Positions 19,120 to 28,569 of a DNA stretch of 64,000 nucleotides are shown one piece after another. Made by a program: the position numbers and the translations under genes. The number at the start of each line of letters is the position of its first letter. Position 1 is the first letter of the stretch. This DNA is from Planctomycetaceae bacterium (GTDB lineage: Bacteria; Planctomycetota; Planctomycetia; Planctomycetales; Planctomycetaceae), in the NCBI GenBank assembly GCA_002724315.1, contig PBOJ01000102.1:10925-74924 (forward strand). Reading direction: 5' to 3'. The notes under the pieces were generated by a model. That model was not told the origin of the DNA. It made no database searches and was given only the letters and a program-made list of their open reading frames with translations.

Positions 19120-19545
19120 TCAGTCAACCACCTCGATCCCCATGTTTCGTGCCGTCCCGGCGATGATCAGCGCCGCCTGGTCGATGTTGGGTGCGTTCAG
19201 GTCCTCGTACTTGACCCGTGCAATCTCTTTGAGTTGCTCGGTGGTCACCGAACCGACTTTCTCCAACTTCGGGTTTCCCGAACCCTTGGCAATCTGTGCT
19301 GCCTGTTTGAGCAACACGGCCGCCGGAGGACTCTTGGTGATGAACTCGAATGACCGATCGCTGAACACGGTGATCACGACCGGGATGGTCGTTCCTGCCA
19401 TGTCCTTGGTGCGATCGTTGAACTGCTGAACGAACTGGCCGATGTTCACACCATGCGGCCCCAAGGCCGTTCCGACCGGGGGGGCCGGAGTGGCTTGACC
19501 ACCAGGCACCTGGACTTTGATCTTTGCGATTTCCTGCTTGGCCAT
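19120..19545 (-). CDS. rplK: 50S ribosomal protein L11
   Basis: [47 protein letters not shown]...; canonical L11. Confidence 0.95.
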   Translation of the reverse strand: MAKQEIAKIKVQVPGGQATPAPPVGTALGPHGVNIGQFVQQFNDRTKDMAGTTIPVVITVFSDRSFEFITKSPPAAVLLKQAAQIAKGSGNPKLEKVGSVTTEQLKEIARVKYEDLNAPNIDQAALIIAGTARNMGIEVVD

Positions 19546-19552
19546 CTGACCC

Positions 19553-20518
19553 TCAGACCTTCTCTACCTGCCAATATTCCAGTTCCGCCGGTGTATGCCG
19601 ACCAAAGATTTCGATCAGGACCGAAATCTTGCCGCTCGCTTCGTCGATCTCGTCGATCTCGCCCTCGAAACTCTCGAAGGGACCATCTTTGATCTTGACC
19701 ACATCTCCGGCCGAAAAATCGATCTTGATCCTCGCCGGTTCGGCCTCCTTCTCCTCTTCCTTGCCCAACATCCGCGAGACCTCCTCGTCGGACATCGCTA
19801 CCGGCTTACCACCCGCGCCCGTGAAATCACCAATTCCACTGGTGCCGCGGACCAGATACCAGGTCTCGTCGTTGAGCACCATTTGCACAAAGAGGTAACC
19901 GGGAAACAATTTCTGCTCTGAAACCCGTTTCTTGCCGGATTTCGTCTCGACGACGTTCTCGGTCGGAATAATCACCTCGGTGAAGAACTCATCCAGACCC
20001 TCACGAGCAATCCGCCGCAAAAGTGACTGACGAATCGACTTCTCACGATTCGTCGTGACCTTCAAAACAAACCACTGCAACCGCGATTCCTCGTCCTCTT
20101 CGGCTTCAGGCTCTTCGGCTTCGGGCTCTTCGGCTCCAGACTCTTCGGCTCCAGACTCTTCGGCTTCGGGCTCTTCGGCTTCGGGCTCTTCGGCTTCAGG
20201 CTCTTCGGCTTCAGGCTCCTGACCGACGTCCGCAGAGGCGTCCGAATCGTTCATCACGTCATCAACCGGCTGGTCGGACGCGTCGTCATCGGGAGTCGTG
20301 GCATCGTCGAACATCGGGTCGTACCGCTTGACTTCTTGTTCCCAATGCGCCACCAGCCCACGATCGGCTCTCCTTGCACTCAGCCGTGCCCACGACGGTC
20401 CCCGCCGTTTTCTGGTCACGCCTGGCCGCGATCGGCAACGCCCCCCAAACACTGTTTCAAAATCCCTCGCACTCGTGCGAGGCTTGTCGGTGGAGGTCAA
20501 TTGCAACCCCACCGTCAT
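19553..20518 (-). CDS. nusG: Transcription termination/antitermination factor NusG with long acidic N-terminal extension
   Basis: C-terminal NGN+KOW ([13 protein letters not shown]...[22 protein letters not shown]). N-terminal about 140 aa are D/E/P-rich including an (EPEAE)n tandem repeat. An alternative ATG (MFDD…) at 20314 is possible. Confidence 0.85.
   Translation of the reverse strand: MTVGLQLTSTDKPRTSARDFETVFGGRCRSRPGVTRKRRGPSWARLSARRADRGLVAHWEQEVKRYDPMFDDATTPDDDASDQPVDDVMNDSDASADVGQEPEAEEPEAEEPEAEEPEAEESGAEESGAEEPEAEEPEAEEDEESRLQWFVLKVTTNREKSIRQSLLRRIAREGLDEFFTEVIIPTENVVETKSGKKRVSEQKLFPGYLFVQMVLNDETWYLVRGTSGIGDFTGAGGKPVAMSDEEVSRMLGKEEEKEAEPARIKIDFSAGDVVKIKDGPFESFEGEIDEIDEASGKISVLIEIFGRHTPAELEYWQVEKV
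20096..20218 (-). repeat. Eight copies of a 15-nt in-frame tandem repeat (ctcttcggcttcggg / ...cagg / ...ccaga) encoding [10 protein letters not shown] in the nusG 5-prime region
   Basis: Direct reading of 20096-20218. Shares the core ctcttcggcttc with the rplJ repeat. Confidence 0.85.
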
Positions 20519-20553
20519 GTCTGCCCGGTTTCAGGCCCCCCGAAACCAAACCC

Positions 20554-21018
20554 TCAGAATAAGACCCCGGTACTGGTGAAAACTCTCTGCCAGAAGACAT
20601 CGAACACAAACAGTACCAACGTCAAAAACACCATGGCGAACAACACCACGGCCGTAGATCGTTTCAATTCAGCCCAATCGCTCCAGGTCACCTTGTCCAT
20701 TTCCGCCTCGACCGAGATCAGGAAGTCGGCAAAGCGAGGCCAATGGATGATTCGGAAGGTGGCCCACAAACCAACCACGGTCATCGACGCGGCAACCACC
20801 ACTGGCAACCGTTCCCACCCGTCCTCGGACGGAAAACCGGTCAGCAGCTTTTGATACAGGGTATAGACCCCAAAGAGAACGATCAACGACAGCGACGCAG
20901 CAGTCAACTGGCGAGTGACCCGCCCCTGTGACCGTTTGTAACGAGCCAAGGCAAAGTTGTTTGCCAAGGCGCTACCTAGACCGTCTGAGGTTACTGCTGT
21001 GGTTTTCTGCTTGGCCAT
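20554..21018 (-). CDS. secE: Preprotein translocase subunit SecE (3-TM form)
   Basis: C-terminal FLISVEAEMDKVTWSDWAELKRSTAVVLFAMVFLTLVLFVFDVFWQRVF matches SecE core. Start at MAKQKTT (21018) preferred over 21039 to avoid abutting tRNA-Trp. Confidence 0.8.
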   Translation of the reverse strand: MAKQKTTAVTSDGLGSALANNFALARYKRSQGRVTRQLTAASLSLIVLFGVYTLYQKLLTGFPSEDGWERLPVVVAASMTVVGLWATFRIIHWPRFADFLISVEAEMDKVTWSDWAELKRSTAVVLFAMVFLTLVLFVFDVFWQRVFTSTGVLF

Positions 21019-21041
21019 GTCACTTCCGCGGTCGATCACAA

Positions 21042-21116
21042 GGCACGGGCGGAGGGATTTGAACCCCCAACCGCCGGATTTGGAATCCGGTGCTCTGCCA
21101 ATTGAGCTACGCCCGT
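21042..21116 (-). tRNA. tRNA-Trp (anticodon CCA)
   Basis: Manual cloverleaf: ACGGGCG-TA-GCTC-AATTGGCA-GAGC-A-CCGGA-TTCCAAA-TCCGG-CGGTT-GGGGG-TTCAAAT-CCCTC-CGCCCGT-G-CC. The canonical secE-upstream position. Confidence 0.85.
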
Positions 21117-21158
21117 ACAGAACACCGGCGTTCCGGCCCTAGGCCGGACCCGATGATC

Positions 21159-21314
21159 CTACTTCTTTCGTGACTCCTTGTGCAGCGTATGCCGGCGAGT
21201 CTTGGGACAATATTTCTTCAATTCGAGGCGCTCGGTCCCCCGGGTCTCCTTCTCGACCCGGTAATTCCGCGAGCCACAATCGGTGCATTCCAGCCAGATA
21301 TATTCTCTGGGCAT
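21159..21314 (-). CDS. rpmG: 50S ribosomal protein L33
   Basis: MPREYIWLECTDCGSRNYRVEKETRGTERLELKKYCPKTRRHTLHKESRKK; ORF trimmed to internal ATG. Confidence 0.85.
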   Translation of the reverse strand: MPREYIWLECTDCGSRNYRVEKETRGTERLELKKYCPKTRRHTLHKESRKK

Positions 21315-21464
21315 CACGAATCTCCCCGAGTGACGGAACCTATCGGCCTCAAGCATTCCACTTGTGGAACACGTGAGAAGCCCAATTACGCCCGCCGCTG
21401 ATCATTTCCCAGGCACACCAAGAGCCCGGAAACGAATGTCCTGTGCCGACCGTCGGGCCGACTG

Positions 21465-22661
21465 CTACTCGATAATCTCCACGACACGACCCGAACCGAC
21501 CGTTTTGCCACCTTCGCGGATGGCGAACCGGCTGCCTTCGTCCATCGCAATCGGCTTGCCAAGTTCGATATCCATCGTAACGTTGTCGCCGGGCATGCAC
21601 ATTTCCACGCCCTCGGGCAGGTGTGCTGCGCCGGTGACATCGGTCGTCCGGAAATAGAACTGGGGTCGGTACCCGGTGAAGAACGGCGTGTGCCGCCCAC
21701 CCTCGTCCTTGGAGAGCACGTAGACTTCGCCCTTGAACTTGGTGTGAGGCATGATCGATCCGGGAGCAGCCAACACCTGGCCCCGCTGGATCTCATCCTT
21801 CTTGACACCCCGCAGCAGGATACCGACGTTGTCGCCGGCCTCACCGGTCGGCAACGTCTTGTTGAACATCTCGACACCGGTGCAGGTCGTCTCGGTCGTT
21901 TCCTTCAAACCGATGATCTCGACCTTCTCACCTATGTTCACCACACCCTGCTCGATCCGGCCGGTGGCAACCGTTCCACGACCTTCGATCGAGAACACGT
22001 CCTCGACGGCCATCATGAAAGGCTTTTCGTTGTCACGGACGGGCTCGGGAATGTAGCTGTCCAACGCATCCATCAACTCGCCGATGCAGGCGTTGGCCCC
22101 CTCGTCATCCGGGGAATCCAGGGCTGGCTTGCTCGCCCCGTGAATGATGGGGATTTCTTCACCGGGGAAGTCGTGCTTGGTCAGCAGGTCCCGGATTTCC
22201 TCTTCGACCAGCATCAACAATTCTTCGTCGTCGACCAGGTCGACCTTGTTGAGGAACACGACCAACGCGGGAACGTTGACCTGCCGAGCCAGCAAAATGT
22301 GTTCACGAGTCTGAGGCATCGGACCAGTACCCGCCTCGACCACCAGGATGGCACCATCCATCTGGGCGGCACCGGTAATCATGTTCTTGATGTAGTCGGC
22401 GTGACCGGGGCAGTCGATGTGAGCATAGTGTCGCGTGTCGGATTCGTACTCGACGTGACTCACGGCAATGGTCACCGTCTTGTTCTCGTCGCGGACGGTC
22501 CCGCCCTTGGCGATATCGGCGTAGCTCTTGAACTCCGCGAATCCCTTGGTCTGCTGCACCGCCAGAATCGCCGCCGTCAATGTCGTTTTGCCGTGGTCGA
22601 TGTGACCAATCGTCCCGACGTTGACGTGCGGCTTTGTTCGTTCAAATGTTTCCTTGGCCAT
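21465..22661 (-). CDS. tuf: Elongation factor Tu
   Basis: [32 protein letters not shown]... 398 aa, canonical EF-Tu. Confidence 0.97.
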   Translation of the reverse strand: MAKETFERTKPHVNVGTIGHIDHGKTTLTAAILAVQQTKGFAEFKSYADIAKGGTVRDENKTVTIAVSHVEYESDTRHYAHIDCPGHADYIKNMITGAAQMDGAILVVEAGTGPMPQTREHILLARQVNVPALVVFLNKVDLVDDEELLMLVEEEIRDLLTKHDFPGEEIPIIHGASKPALDSPDDEGANACIGELMDALDSYIPEPVRDNEKPFMMAVEDVFSIEGRGTVATGRIEQGVVNIGEKVEIIGLKETTETTCTGVEMFNKTLPTGEAGDNVGILLRGVKKDEIQRGQVLAAPGSIMPHTKFKGEVYVLSKDEGGRHTPFFTGYRPQFYFRTTDVTGAAHLPEGVEMCMPGDNVTMDIELGKPIAMDEGSRFAIREGGKTVGSGRVVEIIE

Positions 22662-22779
22662 CGTTCCGGTTTCTCCCGATCCTGCTTTCGTTTGAGGATG
22701 CGTGTGTGGGTTGTCGTCTCGCGTTGATCTCGGCGTGTGCCGTTTTTCGAAGGTCTCGTTGTTGATTGTTCTGACAAGG

Positions 22780-22852
<73 letters not shown>

Positions 22853-22938
22853 CTGGTGCGGCCTTGAGCCACTTGGAGCCGCCGGGGCCCGTTGTTTCAG
22901 TTGCCCACTCGACCGGGACAGGCCCTGAACCGGCCAAG

Positions 22939-23009
<71 letters not shown>

Positions 23010-23242
23010 GTCTGGCCCGCACCCGGTCTGCCCGTCGCAAAGCGAACGTCTGGCTCCGGCGAGTTCGAGGTCTCCTTGAATTGTGTTGTGTGAGTTGGGC
23101 AAACGGTCTTGCCGGTTGCTGAATCGTGTCGAATTCAGTCGATGAAAACAATCGGCGTGTCAGGCTTCAGGTTGAATCACTCGCAAACGTGTCAATGAAT
23201 CCCGGCCAGCATACACGACACGACCGGCAGGGGTTGGGGAAG

Positions 23243-23324
<82 letters not shown>

Positions 23325-23362
23325 CTCGATCTCGTCTTGCTAGCGAGTTGACCGGCGCGGGA

Positions 23363-23435
23363 AGCTAGCGGTGGGACTCGAACCCACAACCTCCGGTTTA
23401 CAAAACCGGGGCTCTGCCGATTGAGCTACGCTAGC
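23363..23435 (-). tRNA. tRNA-Thr (anticodon UGU)
   Basis: GCTAGCG-TA-GCTC-AATCGGCA-GAGC-C-CCGGT-TTTGTAA-ACCGG-AGGTT-GTGGG-TTCGAGT-CCCAC-CGCTAGC-T. Confidence 0.85.
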
Positions 23436-23466
23436 CCATAAATCCTTGTGGGACAACTGGCTGGTA

Positions 23467-23494
23467 AATATAGCAACCCGATTAGGGCTTGCAA
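23467..23494 (-). promoter_or_regulatory. Candidate sigma-70-type promoter for the tRNA-Thr-Tyr-Gly-Thr-tuf transcript: TTGCAA-N16-TATATT
   Basis: Read on minus strand: -35 TTGCAA (plus 23489-23494), 16-nt spacer, -10 TATATT (plus 23467-23472), about 30 nt upstream of tRNA-Thr(UGU) 5-prime end. Pattern match only. Confidence 0.35.
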
Positions 23495-23586
23495 GGCAGA
23501 ATGAGCGGTTTCGAGCTGGCTGAGCCCAGCCAGCCCCACCGCAGACGCCTCCCCGAACGGTCCCCAACCGCCCCAGGTGGACAATC

Positions 23587-25263
23587 TCATTCGAGTCCGG
23601 GAATCTCGAGACTCTCGGTGCTCGCCACCCGCTGGAGTTTCTTCAGCGCGCGGCTCTCGAGTTGACGGATCCGTTCCTTGGTCACGCCGAACCGTCGACC
23701 AACCTGCTCGAGCGTCTGAGGCTCGCTGCCCTCGGTCAACCCGTACCTCCGGGTGATCACCTCACGTTCACGAGGATCGAGGTGCTCGAGAATCTCGTTG
23801 ATCACCACCCGGTGCTGCAATTGGTGCCGTTGCTCGAGAAACGGGTTGGAACGTTCTTCGGACCGTCCCAGGAACAGTTCGTCATGTCCGGTACGAAAAC
23901 GATCCTGCTGGCGATGCTCGCGCGGCACGGACCTGGCAAAGTTCCGCATGACTGCCCAGGTGGCGTATGTCGAAAACTTGTTGCCGCGAGTGTAATCGAA
24001 CTTCTCGATCGCACGGATCAGCGACAGGTTCCCGTCGCTGACCATCTCGAAGAAGTTCATCCCGGGGCGAAGGTGCTTCTTCGCAATCGAGACCACCAGC
24101 CGGAGATTGCTGCGAATCAGGAAGTTTTTCACCGCCTGGCTCTCCTCCAGCAACGTCTCGACTTGATCCATGGCCGATCGCCCCTCACGACCTGTGCACC
24201 GCCCACCCAGCAGCGTCGCTCGCACGTCGACGGCCTGCCACCTCAAGAAATTCATTTTCCGGAAGTGATACTGCTCCTGCTCACGAGTCAGGATCGGCAA
24301 TTGGTACAACGCGGCCAGGTAAGCTGGCAATCCGGGTGGCGACTTGGTCAGCCTGGCTTTCGGGTTCTCCGGCGGCTCGCACAGAATCCACTCCTCGGCC
24401 CCCGGCTCGGAAAACTCGTCGCTGTCCATGAACTCGATGGGCTGTTCGAGGAGGATCTCGCCACGGGTCTCCGTAGCGATTCGGTAGATCGAGTTCCGCG
24501 ACCGCCCAAAGCGTCTGGCGAGCAGATCGACCGATGTCCCCTGCCGAACCAGCCGATAGATCTCGAGCCGATCCCCTTCTCCGAGCTTTGTCGTCGCATC
24601 AGGAAAAACCGCAGCGGCCGGGTGATCGCGATCGTGGTCGCGCAACAGCGTGCGAACCGTTTCGGACGATCTCCCCATCCTTCGAGCCAACAGCCGGCAG
24701 ATACCGGTTGACGTCTCGCCATCTCGAACCAGTTGCCGAGCCGCCTGTACGATCTCCTCTCGCTCACGTTCTCCGACGTGCGAAAATCTCGTACCCCGGT
24801 CGATTTCGGCAGCGTGCCGCCTCGCAAATCGATCAACGGCCGACTGGAGGAAGCCCACGCGCTTCCGTCCATCAACCAGAAATCTTCGTGACACCAGACC
24901 TCGGTCACGCCAGCGATCGACGGTCTTGGTCGAGACGTTGTACCGCTGGGACACTTCGTCAATGGTCAACACCGGCTCCCCGACATCGGAGACGGAGAGA
25001 TCCAGACTGTCCGAGAGGTCCTCGACCAGGCATCTCAGGTCGCGGATGGCCTCGTGGCCGGAGAACTGCAGGTCCGGATATTTCTCGGACCGGTAACCGG
25101 TCAACTCCTCGCAAACATCCTGGTAAGCATAGAACCGTTCGGGGTGAAGCCGATCGACGAACCGCTCGGCTCTCTCGATCTGCTTCAACCGTACGCTCCG
25201 CGGAGCATACCGCACTTGCTGGCGACTCAACTGGGCCATCGCCGGGTTGTTGTATCGTGCCAT
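23587..25263 (-). CDS. RNA polymerase sigma-70 family factor (group 1/2-like regions 2-4) with about 270-aa N-terminal extension containing repeated HTH-like modules
   Basis: Region 2 LIRSNLRLVVSIAKKH...FSTYATWAVMRNFARSV. Region 4 LDPREREVITRRYGL...TLEQVGRRFGVTKERIRQLESRALKKLQ. Whether this is the primary sigma (RpoD/SigA) cannot be decided from sequence alone. Confidence 0.85.
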   Translation of the reverse strand: MARYNNPAMAQLSRQQVRYAPRSVRLKQIERAERFVDRLHPERFYAYQDVCEELTGYRSEKYPDLQFSGHEAIRDLRCLVEDLSDSLDLSVSDVGEPVLTIDEVSQRYNVSTKTVDRWRDRGLVSRRFLVDGRKRVGFLQSAVDRFARRHAAEIDRGTRFSHVGEREREEIVQAARQLVRDGETSTGICRLLARRMGRSSETVRTLLRDHDRDHPAAAVFPDATTKLGEGDRLEIYRLVRQGTSVDLLARRFGRSRNSIYRIATETRGEILLEQPIEFMDSDEFSEPGAEEWILCEPPENPKARLTKSPPGLPAYLAALYQLPILTREQEQYHFRKMNFLRWQAVDVRATLLGGRCTGREGRSAMDQVETLLEESQAVKNFLIRSNLRLVVSIAKKHLRPGMNFFEMVSDGNLSLIRAIEKFDYTRGNKFSTYATWAVMRNFARSVPREHRQQDRFRTGHDELFLGRSEERSNPFLEQRHQLQHRVVINEILEHLDPREREVITRRYGLTEGSEPQTLEQVGRRFGVTKERIRQLESRALKKLQRVASTESLEIPGLE

Positions 25264-25447
25264 CCGTTGCGTCCTGCCTTTCTGCCCGCAAGGGGAAACG
25301 CGTCGGTTCTCGCTTCCTTTCTTAGTGGATGCCGGGGAATGAACTGCAATAACGAAAAAAAATACCGGTGGTGGAAGGAGACCCTGTCTCCGACCGCTTC
25401 ATTCTACGCGATATGAGACGCTTTGCGTGGGAGAAAAGTTCCCGCGT

Positions 25448-25960
25448 TTACGCAACTCGGTCCCAAAAACCGATCACCATCGCCGTTTCCGCCTCTCCGG
25501 AAGTCCGCGGAACAGAACCAATTTTCAGGTACCCGGAGATCGCCACGATCAGAGCTGCCAGGGCAATCATCACCACCAGCGTTCGACGGGCCTTGTCACG
25601 GAGCCCCTTGAGAGCCTGGGAACGGCCGACGAGTGCGGAGGCGAGAAAGAACAGCACCAGGGCCAACAACATCTTGATGCCGACCAGCATGTGGTACGGG
25701 CCGTCGCCCTGGTGAGCCGGACGCATCACGGCCAGGTAATTGTACAGCCCGCTGAGCAGCAACAGCGCGATTCCGCCATGGACAAAACGCCGCCAGCGAC
25801 CCAGCACCCGCTCGCGCAGTCCATCGTGTTCGGCCTGGCCCAGTTCTTCAGCGGCCGGCATCAAGGCAAACCTCATGAAGACACTGCCGCCGACCAGGAC
25901 GATCGCCGTCGCCACATGCACGACCCGCGAGATCAACGGCAACAGTTGTTCATTCTCCAT
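25448..25960 (-). CDS. Hypothetical 4-TM membrane protein
   Basis: ORF 25448..26041 trimmed to MENEQLLPL...; four hydrophobic helices, no recognisable motif. Divergent from the PSCyt gene. Confidence 0.5.
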   Translation of the reverse strand: MENEQLLPLISRVVHVATAIVLVGGSVFMRFALMPAAEELGQAEHDGLRERVLGRWRRFVHGGIALLLLSGLYNYLAVMRPAHQGDGPYHMLVGIKMLLALVLFFLASALVGRSQALKGLRDKARRTLVVMIALAALIVAISGYLKIGSVPRTSGEAETAMVIGFWDRVA

Positions 25961-26118
25961 TCCGACCGCCTCCGGCAATTTCCACTTGGTTCGGTTCAGC
26001 CTAGCAACCCCTGCCCGGGGACACCATGAAGCCGAAGTCACGATCGATGCGGCTCCGCCACCGTGAACTCCGGCGACTTCCGCTACACCACGCCGGTGCT
26101 TCCCCGTAGAATCAAGCG

Positions 26119-28548
26119 ATGTCCCGCTTGATCACCCTGACCCTGTTGCTGCTGGTCTCGGCGCGCGCTCCGGCCGCCGACAAGCCAGCCGAAATCGCCT
26201 ATTTCGAGAAACACGTCCGTCCGTTGCTGATACGCCGCTGTTACTCGTGCCACTCGGCACGCAGCAAGCCGATCCGTGGCGAGCTGAGTCTCGACACTCG
26301 ACGCGGCTGGCAAACCGGGGGAGAAAGCGGACCGGCAATCCGGCCAGGACGTCCCGACGACAGCCTGCTGATCCAGGCCATTCGCCATGGAGACGATGGC
26401 CTGAAGATGCCACCCAAGAAAAAACTGCCGATCGAGGAGATCCGGATCCTGGAACGCTGGGTTGCCCGCGGAGCGGTCGACCCCCGGACCGGTGATCCAA
26501 CTTCGGGCCGCAAACGTGGCGGGGCCGACCACTGGGCTTTCCAGCCCGTTCGGCCGGGCAAGGTTCCCATCGCCGCCAAGAGCCACACGAGCTGGATCCG
26601 CACACCAATTGACAGTTTTGTGCTCTCGCGGCTGTCCGACGCCGGCCTGGCCCCCTCACCACCGGCAGATCGCCGGGTGCTGCTCCGCCGGGTCACCTTC
26701 GACCTCACCGGACTGCCTCCCACACCCGAACAGGTGGCATCATTCCTGGCAGACAACCGGCCGGGGGCCTGGGGACGACTGGTCGACCGGCTACTGGGCA
26801 GCCCCCACTACGGTGCTCGCTGGGGCCGGCACTGGCTCGACGTCGCCCGCTACGCCGATTCGAACGGGCTAGACGAAAACGTTGCCCACGGCAACGCCTG
26901 GCGGTACCGAGACTGGGTGATCGACTCACTGAACGCCGACCGTCCGTTTGATTCCTTCGTGAGAGATCAACTGGCCGGGGACCTGGGACCAGGGCGGTCC
27001 AGAGAATCTGAGCAGCAGCGACACCGGCGAATGATTGCCACCGGGTTCCTGTCACTGGGCCCCAAGGTGCTGGCCGAGGTCGATGCCAAGAAGATGGAGA
27101 TGGACATCGTCGACGAACAGGTCGACACCGTCGGCCGGGCCTTCATGGGCCTCACGCTTGGATGTGCACGGTGCCATGACCACAAGTTCGACCCGGTCTC
27201 CACTCGCGACTACTACGCCCTGGCCGGGGTGTTCCAGAGCACCCGAACGATGGAGCACTTCAACAAGGTGGCCCGCTGGTGGGAGAACCCCATCGCCACC
27301 GCTGCCGACCAGCAGCGGCTCGAGACGCACAAGACACGGATCGCCGAAAAGAAAGCCGCAATCGACGCGATCGTCGAGGCGGCCACCAAGGTGGTCGGCG
27401 ACGCCCCTTCCACCGGAGACAAGGGGAAACCGAAGCCGGGCAACATCGAGAAGCAATTCTCAGACGAAACCCGCACTACGCTCAAGCGTCTCCGCCAGGA
27501 ACTCGAGACGCTGCGGGGAGCCACCCCGGAACTGCCCACCGCAATGGGAGTCACCGACGGCACGGTGACCAACCTGGCCGTCCACATCCGCGGGAGCCAC
27601 CTGGACCTGGGCGAAACGGTACCGCGAGGTGTCCCCGAAGTGATTGCCGGCCCCGGCGCGAAACCGTTCCCGGCCAAGCAGAGCGGTCGGCGGGAACTGG
27701 CCGACTGGCTGACCCGGCCGGACAATCCTCTGACGGCCCGCGTCTTCGTCAATCGTCTCTGGCGGTGGCACTTCGGCCGCGGACTGGTCGTCTCAACTGA
27801 CAACTTCGGTCAACTGGGCCGACGCCCCAGCCACCCCCGGCTGCTCGACTTTCTCGCCGCCGAACTTGTCCGCGGAAACTGGTCGATCAAACGCCTGCAC
27901 CGACTGATCGTGCTCTCGGCCACCTACCGCATGCAGAGCAGTCCTCGGAAAGACGCCATGGCCGTCGACCCCGAAAACCGGCTCTGGTGGCGGAGTCCGC
28001 TGCGGCGACTCGAGGCCGAAGCCCTGCGGGACGCGATGCTGGCCGTCGCCGGACAACTCGACCCGCAGATGGGAGGTTCGCTGCTGCACGTGAAGAACCG
28101 GGGTTACTTCTTCGACCACACCTCAAAAGACGAGACCCGGTACAACGTGCCCCGTCGCTCGGTCTACCTGCCGGTCGTCCGCAATCATCTCTACGACGTC
28201 TTCACCCTGTTCGATTACACCGACGCCAGCGTGATGACCGGCGACCGTGCCAGCACCACCGTCGCTCCGCAGGCCCTGTTCCTGCTCAACAGCGATCTGG
28301 TCGAACAGGCCAGCCGCCGGCTGGCCCGGACGGTCCTGGCCAGCCAGGCCACCGATGACTCCGAACGAATTGACCGGCTCTGCGAGCACGTGCTTGGTCG
28401 CCCGGCCACCGCCTCGGACCTTCGCCGCTGCTCGAGATTCCTCGAACGGATCCGCGGAGCCCTGCCCGAGAACTCCCAGCCCACCGACGCCTGGTCGGCA
28501 CTTTGCCATGTGCTGCTGGCCAGCAATGAGTTCATCTACCTGAAGTGA
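26119..28548 (+). CDS. Secreted PSCyt1 (CxxCH) + PSCyt2 (DUF1549) + PSD1 (DUF1553) protein
   Basis: Signal peptide. CYSCH heme-c motif at residues 41-45. DUF1553 signature LGCARCHDHKFDP. 809 aa. Planctomycete-specific family. Confidence 0.85.
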   Translation: MSRLITLTLLLLVSARAPAADKPAEIAYFEKHVRPLLIRRCYSCHSARSKPIRGELSLDTRRGWQTGGESGPAIRPGRPDDSLLIQAIRHGDDGLKMPPKKKLPIEEIRILERWVARGAVDPRTGDPTSGRKRGGADHWAFQPVRPGKVPIAAKSHTSWIRTPIDSFVLSRLSDAGLAPSPPADRRVLLRRVTFDLTGLPPTPEQVASFLADNRPGAWGRLVDRLLGSPHYGARWGRHWLDVARYADSNGLDENVAHGNAWRYRDWVIDSLNADRPFDSFVRDQLAGDLGPGRSRESEQQRHRRMIATGFLSLGPKVLAEVDAKKMEMDIVDEQVDTVGRAFMGLTLGCARCHDHKFDPVSTRDYYALAGVFQSTRTMEHFNKVARWWENPIATAADQQRLETHKTRIAEKKAAIDAIVEAATKVVGDAPSTGDKGKPKPGNIEKQFSDETRTTLKRLRQELETLRGATPELPTAMGVTDGTVTNLAVHIRGSHLDLGETVPRGVPEVIAGPGAKPFPAKQSGRRELADWLTRPDNPLTARVFVNRLWRWHFGRGLVVSTDNFGQLGRRPSHPRLLDFLAAELVRGNWSIKRLHRLIVLSATYRMQSSPRKDAMAVDPENRLWWRSPLRRLEAEALRDAMLAVAGQLDPQMGGSLLHVKNRGYFFDHTSKDETRYNVPRRSVYLPVVRNHLYDVFTLFDYTDASVMTGDRASTTVAPQALFLLNSDLVEQASRRLARTVLASQATDDSERIDRLCEHVLGRPATASDLRRCSRFLERIRGALPENSQPTDAWSALCHVLLASNEFIYLK

Positions 28549-28569
28549 TCCACCGAAGTCGCATTCCAC

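Noticed and set aside
20096-20218. Possible CRISPR-like or other non-coding tandem array (15-nt x 8)
   Set aside because: Repeats are contiguous without spacers, in frame within nusG, and translate to EPEAE units. A coding low-complexity repeat, not a CRISPR.
21621-22727. 368-aa plus-strand ORF antisense to tuf; 6169-7320 plus ORF antisense to fusA; 3687-4466 plus ORF antisense to rplC
   Set aside because: Opposite strand encodes universally conserved translation factors or ribosomal proteins with intact motifs.
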